Source of the DNA: an uncultured delta proteobacterium | Lineage (GTDB): Bacteria; Desulfobacterota; Binatia; UBA9968 | Length of the DNA: 64,000 nt | Assembly: GCA_963771465.1 (NCBI GenBank) | Contig: CAVYTU010000019.1 | Coordinates: 160,001 to 224,000 of the forward strand | Direction of reading: 5' to 3' | Part shown: positions 59,966 to 64,000 of the stretch, piece by piece | Position numbering within the stretch: the stretch's first letter is position 1 | Layout of the letters: each line of letters opens with the position of its first letter | The notes under the pieces: model-generated | The model's database searches: none | Seen by the model: only the letters and a program-made list of their open reading frames with translations | Told to the model about the DNA's origin: nothing | Made by a program: the position numbers and the translations under genes

Positions 59966-61696
59966 TCAGTCCGCCCGGATGCCGACCTTGAGCCCGAACG
60001 ATCGCGCCACCATCGCCACACCCAAAGTCATCAGCATGATGAAAATAACCGTGATGCTTGCCACCTCACGGTAGCCCGCCGCCACTTGGTCCAAAGCCAA
60101 AAGTGACAAAGTGCGAGTTTCCGACGTCGCCAAGAGAATAATGCTGGAGGTCTGCTGCGAGGCGAACATGAATTTGAGCACCGCGACCAACACCATGGTC
60201 TGAGCCATCAACGGAAAGACGACCTTGAAATAGGTGCGCCAAAACCCGGCGCCGGACATGCGCGATGCTTCTTCCAGCTCGTTACCCAACTGGACGAAGT
60301 TCGCTTTCAATATTTGCGTCGCGAGCGTGATGCCGCCCAAAACCGAAGCGATCACGAGCAAGAAAAGCGTGCCGTAAAAGGGCCGAAAAAACGGCGTACC
60401 GAGAAACATCCATAAAAGACCGAGGCCGGTAAGCACGCCGGGAATCGCCGACGGCAGCCAGCAAATCGAATCGAGAATGCCCCGGCCGGGAAATTTAGTG
60501 CGCACCAAAACATAGGCCACCAGGGAAAAGAAAAACGCTCCAACGATCGCCGCGCTGAAGGCGATGATCAAAGTATTTTGCAGGCCCTGAAGGATGCGCG
60601 GATCGCTGAGCGCCATTTTCCAGTATTCCACAGTCCAAGTTTTGGGCAGATTAAAAAAGCCGAAACGGGTCATGAAGCTGCCGCCGAACACGCTCAAGAT
60701 CGGCACGATGTCCAAAAGAAAAACCATGAAGCCGACGAACAACGTGGCCGGTATACGCCAGATGCCGAGGTCGACGATCTTCGGCTTGAACTGCCCGGTC
60801 ACCGTGGTGAACTGCCGGCGCGCGATCAGTCGGCGTTGGATGGGGATAAACGCAACGAGAAAAATCAGGATCACGCTGCCGAGCGCCGCAGCTTGATTGA
60901 CCAACGGCGGCTCCTGGCGCGCCAGATCGACGATCTTGGTGGCGTAAACATAAAAGCCCCAGGGGACGCCGAGCAGCAGCTCAGTTTCAAAGCTGCTGAA
61001 AATCCGGATCACGCTGAGCAAGAACACCACAATGATGACCGGCGTCATGGCGGGAATGGTGATGCGCCACAAGGTCGTCAGCGGGCTCGCGCCGGACATG
61101 CGGCTCGCTTCTTCCATCGACGCATCCATGCGCCGAAACGCCGGCGTCAACAACATCACCTTGGTGGAGATGGCGTTGGCCATGACATGGGCCCAGATGA
61201 TACCCCAGAAAGAATAGATGTCGAAGTTCAGTCCGAAAGGAAGTTGACGCAGCCAATTGTTGATTAGCCCTGTGCTCGGATCGAGCATCAGCATCCAGCC
61301 GAAAGTCGTCGCCAAGTTGGGCAGAATAAAAGAAATCCAAAAACCGAACTCAAAGGCGTTGGCGCCGTATATATTAGTTCGCGCCAATAACCACGAGATG
61401 AAGATTCCCGACGGCAGGGCGATGATTTGCAGCACGATGCCGATCTTGACGCTGTTCCAGAGCGCGCGCCATATCCCTGGCTCAGCGAAAGCTTGGCGCC
61501 AAGCCCCCAGACCGTACACTTCTGGCTCTGCGATAGTCGCGGTGTTGAAGCTATTGACTACAATCAGCGTCAACGGGTAGAGCACATAAAAACCCATGAA
61601 GCCGATCAGCACGGTCATGATCAGCGTGCCACCGTCCAGTGGCGGTAACCAGGAACGGCTAACTGTGAGAGGACTTATCGTCTCGGTTTTAGCCAT
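59966..61696 (-). CDS. Fe3+/thiamine-type ABC permease (two fused domains)
   Basis: Two EEASRMSGA loops; many TM helices. Confidence 0.92.
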   Translation of the reverse strand: MAKTETISPLTVSRSWLPPLDGGTLIMTVLIGFMGFYVLYPLTLIVVNSFNTATIAEPEVYGLGAWRQAFAEPGIWRALWNSVKIGIVLQIIALPSGIFISWLLARTNIYGANAFEFGFWISFILPNLATTFGWMLMLDPSTGLINNWLRQLPFGLNFDIYSFWGIIWAHVMANAISTKVMLLTPAFRRMDASMEEASRMSGASPLTTLWRITIPAMTPVIIVVFLLSVIRIFSSFETELLLGVPWGFYVYATKIVDLARQEPPLVNQAAALGSVILIFLVAFIPIQRRLIARRQFTTVTGQFKPKIVDLGIWRIPATLFVGFMVFLLDIVPILSVFGGSFMTRFGFFNLPKTWTVEYWKMALSDPRILQGLQNTLIIAFSAAIVGAFFFSLVAYVLVRTKFPGRGILDSICWLPSAIPGVLTGLGLLWMFLGTPFFRPFYGTLFLLVIASVLGGITLATQILKANFVQLGNELEEASRMSGAGFWRTYFKVVFPLMAQTMVLVAVLKFMFASQQTSSIILLATSETRTLSLLALDQVAAGYREVASITVIFIMLMTLGVAMVARSFGLKVGIRAD

Positions 61697-61878
61697 ATGC
61701 GTAGACCCCTTTCGAAGCCAGCGCGTTTGTAACGTGTCACAAGGCTAAGATCAAGAGTATTAATAGTTCCGTACGGAAATTTTCGACGCCATGGCAATGG
61801 ATCCTAATTCAAACCTCTAGTCAGCTTAGGATGCATATGCAGGCTATAACTAGTTAAGGGTTTGAATATTTTAATCAG

Positions 61879-63126
61879 TTACTTTTCCGCGCGCTCGACC
61901 TCATCCAACACCGGGCTATATTTGGTCGCGCCGCCCTGTCGGCGCGGCCCGGCGCGAAAACTGCCGCTATTGAGCTTGGCGTCTTCCAACCTGAGCTTGA
62001 TCGAAACGTTCTTCGCCGCATCGCGGAAGACGTTAATAGGGTCTTGGCCAGCTTGGATTTTTTCCATCTGATCTTTCAACTGCCGGCGGAAAAGAATGAT
62101 GCCTTTATCGGAGAGGCCCAGCGCCTCTTTCGTGCGATCCGCGACATCGCCCTGAGTCACCCATGCAATGATGTCTTCACCGCTGTTGTTATCGAGCAAC
62201 GCCCAATCTGGCTCGCCCGTCGCATCGACGCCCGGCACCGGCACTTGGTAGAAGGGAATAACTTCCTGCGGCGCCATCCCGGCGCCACGTTGATAGCACG
62301 TGTACCACAGGTGCAGCGTGTGCGTGTCGTCGATCGGCACACGGATTTGAAACGTCGGCCGCTGCGTGCTGCCGCTGAGAAGTATATTGGGGAAGAGCAC
62401 CGGATGGCCCACCTGCCAATCTTCGTTTTCTTCTGTCTCGCCTTCGAGCATCCGGGTTTTGATGATACCGTGCTCGAACTCGCGGAAGTTGATCATCTTA
62501 TGGCTCACCGGCTGGCCTTTGAACTCCGTCCGTCCCAGACGCTCTTGGACGTGATTGAAAAAATGTTGGTGCAGCCACTCGACATGCACCGGGTCGAGAG
62601 AGTTTTCCATGATCTGCAGCCAATTGCACGGCACAATCGCCGCGCCGATATCGCGCAGCACGCCGTCGCGCACGAACAGCTCCCAGCGCGGCAACAGCGG
62701 CGCGGGCTCCGGGCCGAGATAGGCAAAGACCAGCCCGCCCAGTTCTTGTACGGGATAAGACGGCATGCGAATGCGATCTTTGAACGTGCTGCTTGGATCC
62801 TCCGCGGTTTCATAAGGCTGCTCCAGACATTTGCCGTCCCGGCCGTAGAGCCAACCATGGTACGCACATCGCAAGCCTTCCTTTTCTGGAATGCCGAGCA
62901 TCATCGACATACGCCGATGCGCGCACTGCGGGCCGATCAATCCCGGCCGCCCCTGCTTATCGCGATAGAGCACTAAGTCTTCGCCCAGTATCCGCACCGC
63001 CTTGGTGGGTTTCTCGATTAACTCCGAAGACGCGGCGATCGGATACCAATAGCGCCGCAGCAAATCCCCCATCGGCGTGCCGCGCCCGACTTTAGTCAGC
63101 TGTTCATTTTCTTCCTGGCTCAACAT
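61879..63126 (-). CDS. Rieske non-heme iron oxygenase
   Basis: CAHR...CAYHGW; ENSLDPVHVEWLH; close paralog of 55994-57220. Confidence 0.92.
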   Translation of the reverse strand: MLSQEENEQLTKVGRGTPMGDLLRRYWYPIAASSELIEKPTKAVRILGEDLVLYRDKQGRPGLIGPQCAHRRMSMMLGIPEKEGLRCAYHGWLYGRDGKCLEQPYETAEDPSSTFKDRIRMPSYPVQELGGLVFAYLGPEPAPLLPRWELFVRDGVLRDIGAAIVPCNWLQIMENSLDPVHVEWLHQHFFNHVQERLGRTEFKGQPVSHKMINFREFEHGIIKTRMLEGETEENEDWQVGHPVLFPNILLSGSTQRPTFQIRVPIDDTHTLHLWYTCYQRGAGMAPQEVIPFYQVPVPGVDATGEPDWALLDNNSGEDIIAWVTQGDVADRTKEALGLSDKGIILFRRQLKDQMEKIQAGQDPINVFRDAAKNVSIKLRLEDAKLNSGSFRAGPRRQGGATKYSPVLDEVERAEK

Positions 63127-63170
63127 GACTCACCTCTCCATTGTGATTAAACGATCGAACAAAATTTCAT

Positions 63171-63244
63171 ACCACGAAGGACACAAAAGCCACAAAGTTC
63201 AGAATCGGATGATTTCCTTTGCGCCTTTTGCGTTCTCTGCGGCC
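63171..63244. repeat. Inverted 9-mer arrays (CACAAAG / CTTTGCG type)
   Basis: CCACGAAGG ACACAAAAG CCACAAAG...CTTTGCGCC TTTTGCGTT CTCTGCGGC. Confidence 0.6.
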
Positions 63245-63256
63245 ATTCTCCGAATC

Positions 63257-64000
63257 CTACTCTTTCTTCTTCGCCGCCTCAGCCTGCGCTTCACTGATAA
63301 CTTTGGCAATAGGCTTCATCTCGAAAAACTCCGGGTTCCATTGCGGCACATATTTTACCCCAGGATTGAGTCGGTTGCGCGGCGCTATTTCATCCTTGGA
63401 AATGTCAATTCTGAGCGAACCCTCAGCGCCGGCATCAATATATTTTGCGCTGGTTTTTTGAAAGTCACTTTGGCCTTCGCGGGAAAGAAACCAGTTGAGA
63501 AAAACCTTGGCGGCGTTGGGATGGGGCGCTTGATTCATCAGCACCATGGTTTTCGCCCGGGTTTCGACGCCGACGCCTTCCTTGAACTGAGCCGGTTCCA
63601 TGAGATCCACCGGTAGGCCCTGTGACTTCGCTTCGCTGATCGACTGATGGCGGCACAAGCAGAGCGAATACTTACCCGCCGCCAACCAGTCTTCGCCTTG
63701 CGGGTAGCGCGCATACAAGGTCGGCGCCATCTCGCCGAAAAGACGGCGCAGGAACTGCGGTCCCAACTCGGGGTTGTGATAGAAAAATCGGTCCCGGGTG
63801 GCGGCAAAGCCGCCGGCTTTCGGATCGAATACGACGATCTTGCCTTTCCACTTGGGATCGAGCAAGTCCCAGTAGGATTTAAAACTACTCGGATTCACCG
63901 CCTTGGTGTTGTAGCCGACCAAAAACAGCGGCGCGCCGACGTAAACGAGAATGTATTTTCCCTCGGGATCGATGAAATGCTGTTTCCCCTGCCACCACTT
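63257..64000 (-). CDS. Extracellular solute-binding protein, 5' end outside the window
   Basis: SYWDLLDPKWKGKI, APHPNAAKVFLNWFLSREGQ, SLRIDI. Confidence 0.88.
   Translation of the reverse strand, partial: KWWQGKQHFIDPEGKYILVYVGAPLFLVGYNTKAVNPSSFKSYWDLLDPKWKGKIVVFDPKAGGFAATRDRFFYHNPELGPQFLRRLFGEMAPTLYARYPQGEDWLAAGKYSLCLCRHQSISEAKSQGLPVDLMEPAQFKEGVGVETRAKTMVLMNQAPHPNAAKVFLNWFLSREGQSDFQKTSAKYIDAGAEGSLRIDISKDEIAPRNRLNPGVKYVPQWNPEFFEMKPIAKVISEAQAEAAKKKE

Noticed and set aside
61767-61778. TTCCGTACGGAA palindrome upstream of the ABC permease as an operator
   Set aside because: Single 12-bp instance, no second copy noticed and no regulator gene nearby.

Overview
A GC-rich bacterial chromosomal window with no rRNA, tRNA, CRISPR array, integrase or transposase. 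The gene content resembles Candidatus Binatia/Binatota (an inference, not tested): many orphan substrate-binding proteins (SBPs), two UbiD decarboxylases, three Rieske oxygenases, class II aldolases, VOC proteins and an F420-type LLM enzyme. Many genes carry single-base indels that look like long-read consensus errors, densest at 7.5-15.5 kb. Main observations: (1) six CADD/PqqC/TenA-fold (heme-oxygenase-like dimetal, HDO) paralogs in two subfamilies, four of them in one co-oriented cluster with a VOC protein, an SBP, a gamma-glutamyltransferase and a UbiD; (2) an island with a CHASE2 adenylate cyclase, a FecR-TPR-beta-barrel receptor, a Cys-rich secreted protein and a DsbA; (3) two SBP-fold proteins without signal peptides, each directly upstream of an oxidative enzyme; (4) a D-2-hydroxyacid dehydrogenase homolog with all three catalytic residues replaced; (5) several families of intergenic 7-9-nt tandem/inverted repeats. 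All family calls come from motif recognition by eye; no database searches were run.
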